This document shows positions 62,892 through 64,000 of a DNA stretch of 64,000 nucleotides, piece by piece. The DNA is taken from positions 134,602,001-134,666,000 of the forward strand of contig OZ024744.1 in the NCBI GenBank assembly GCA_964016885.1, given 5' to 3'. The translations under genes were made by a program, and so were the position numbers. The notes below the pieces were generated by a model that made no database searches, was not told where the DNA came from, and worked only from the letters and a program-made list of their open reading frames with translations. Origin of the DNA: Eledone cirrhosa (lineage: Eukaryota). How positions within the stretch are numbered: position 1 is the first letter of the stretch; every line of letters begins with the position of its first letter.

Positions 62892-63089
62892 AACCCCAAC
62901 TTAAGTTAACCGTAACTTAACTTAATACCAACTTCACTCAACCCCAACGTAACTCAACCCCAACTTAACTTAACCCCAACTTCACTCAACCCCAACTTAA
63001 CTTAACCCCAACTTCACTCAATCCCAACTTAAGTCAACCCCAACTTAACTTAACCCCAACTTGACTTAACCCCAACTTAACTTAAGCCC
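62892..63089 (-). repeat. Inverted satellite block 14 (198 bp, diverged type B)
   Basis: Palindromic left junction, private variants (CTTAAGTTAACCGTAAC, TAATACCAAC), lacks the TTAGCCCC unit, same right junction. Confidence 0.95.
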
Positions 63090-64000
63090 AAAGTCGGGGT
63101 TAAGTTAAGTTGGCGTTAAGTTAAGTTAGGCTTAACTTAAGTTGGGGGTAAGTTAAGTTGGGGGTAAGTTAAGTTGGGGTTAAGTGAAGTTGCGGTTAAG
63201 TTGGGGTTAAGTTAAGTTAGGGTTAAGTTAAGTTGGCGTTCAGTTAAGTTGGGGTTAATTAAGTGGTGGTTATGTTAAGTTGGGGTTAATTTAAATTGGG
63301 GTGAAGTTAACTTTGTGGTTAAGTTAAGTTGGGGTTAAGTTAAGTTGGGGTTAAGTTGGGGTTGAGTTAAGTTGGGGTTGAGTGAAGTTGGGGTTAAGTT
63401 AAGTTGGGGTAAAGTTAAGTTGGGGTTAAGTTAAGTCGGGGTTAAGTTAAGTTGTGGTTGAGTTAAGTTGGGGTTAATTTAAGTTGGGGCTAAGTTAATT
63501 TGTGGTTAAGTTAAGTTGGGGTTAAGTTAAGTTGGGGTTAAGTTAAGTTGGGGTTAAGTTAAGTTGCAGTTAAGTTAAGTTGAGGTTAAGTTAAGTTGGG
63601 GTTAAGTTAAGTTGGGGTTAAGTTAAGTTGGGGTTCAGTTAAGTTGGGGTTAAGTTAAGTTGGGGTTAAGATGGGGTTAAATTAAGTTGGGGTTAAGTTA
63701 AGTTGGGGTTAAGTTAAGTTGGGGTTAAGTTAAGTTGGGGTTAATTTAAGTCGGGGTTAAGTTAAGTCGGGGTTAAGTTAAGTTAGGGTTCAGTTAAGTT
63801 GGGGTTAAGTTAAGTTGGGGTTGAGTTAAGTTGGGGTTGAGTTAAATTGGGGTTGAGTTAAGTTGGGGTTGAGTTAAGTTGGTGTTGAGTTAAGTTGGGG
63901 TTAAGTTAAGTTGGGGTTAAGTTAAGTTGGGGATAAGTTAAGTTGGGGATAATTTAAGTTGGGGTTAATTTAAGTTGGGTTTAAGTTAAGTTGGGGTTAA

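Larger units (their letters stand above)
1..64000 (+). repeat. Tandem satellite array, 16-bp consensus TTGGGGTTAAGTTAAG (telomere-like), about 4,000 monomers, running off both window ends
   Basis: The monomer is read directly from position 1 (ttggggttaagttaag) and continues to 64000. Only substitution variants, short indel variants (11, 13, 15, 17 bp) and 14 short inverted blocks interrupt it. Confidence 0.99.
38950..64000 (+). repeat. Right higher-order repeat domain (about 2.3-2.5 kb sub-units, about 5.4-5.6 kb super-unit)
   Basis: Inverted blocks of the same type recur at 42570/47960 (5390), 44959/50461/55955 (5502, 5494) and 47303/52789/58348 (5486, 5559). The domain-specific variant AAATTACGTTGGAG occurs near 44246, 46715, 49748, 52201 and 57744. 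Confidence 0.8.

Noticed and set aside
2490-63089. Inverted blocks as sequencing fold-back chimeras
   Set aside because: They recur with shared junctions and heritable variants, return to forward orientation, and are not mirror copies of the immediately preceding bases. Read-level confirmation is still advisable.
2490-63089. Fourteen independent chromosome end-to-end fusions
   Set aside because: Identical junctions and shared internal variants point to one event that was later amplified, and the inverted tracts are only 125-214 bp.
1-64000. Protein-coding ORFs
   Set aside because: TTAA occurs twice per monomer on both strands and the 16-bp unit cycles through frames, so TAA stops hit all six frames every few codons. 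Read-through under a ciliate code would give only a low-complexity peptide broken by TGA variants and indels, with no supporting evidence.
1-64000. CRISPR array
   Set aside because: There are no unique spacers; monomers abut directly and are too short.
1-64000. Canonical telomerase-made Tetrahymena (TTGGGG)n or insect (TTAGG)n telomere
   Set aside because: No tandem run of either motif exists. TTAGG appears only in sporadic variants, and the kb-scale copied variant order is incompatible with direct template synthesis.
1-64000. Promoter or terminator calls (TATAAG, TTGA-like words, hairpins)
   Set aside because: These are chance products of monomer variants, and there is no gene context.
1-64000. 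Assigning the organism or a centromere identity
   Set aside because: There is no unique flanking sequence, and motif resemblance alone is insufficient.

Overview
The whole 64-kb window is one tandem satellite array with no unique sequence, genes, RNA genes, transposons or CRISPR array. The consensus monomer is 16 bp, TTGGGG-TTAAG-TTAAG (6 T, 6 G, 4 A, no C on the + strand). It is telomere-like and G-rich on the + strand. Point variants of the monomer recur in fixed order and define higher-order repeats: a left domain (about 1-39 kb) with near-identical copies 7.6-9 kb long plus an internal 5,788-bp tandem duplication, and a right domain (about 39-64 kb) with about 2.3-2.5 kb and 5.4-5.6 kb periodicity. 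Fourteen short blocks (125-214 bp) of the same repeat lie in inverted orientation. Each starts at a spacer-less palindromic junction (GGGGTT|AACCCC) and ends at a shared junction, so all appear to be amplified descendants of one fold-back event. The organism and chromosomal location (subtelomeric, interstitial or centromeric) cannot be determined from the sequence. Coordinates were counted by hand, and domain boundaries are approximate.
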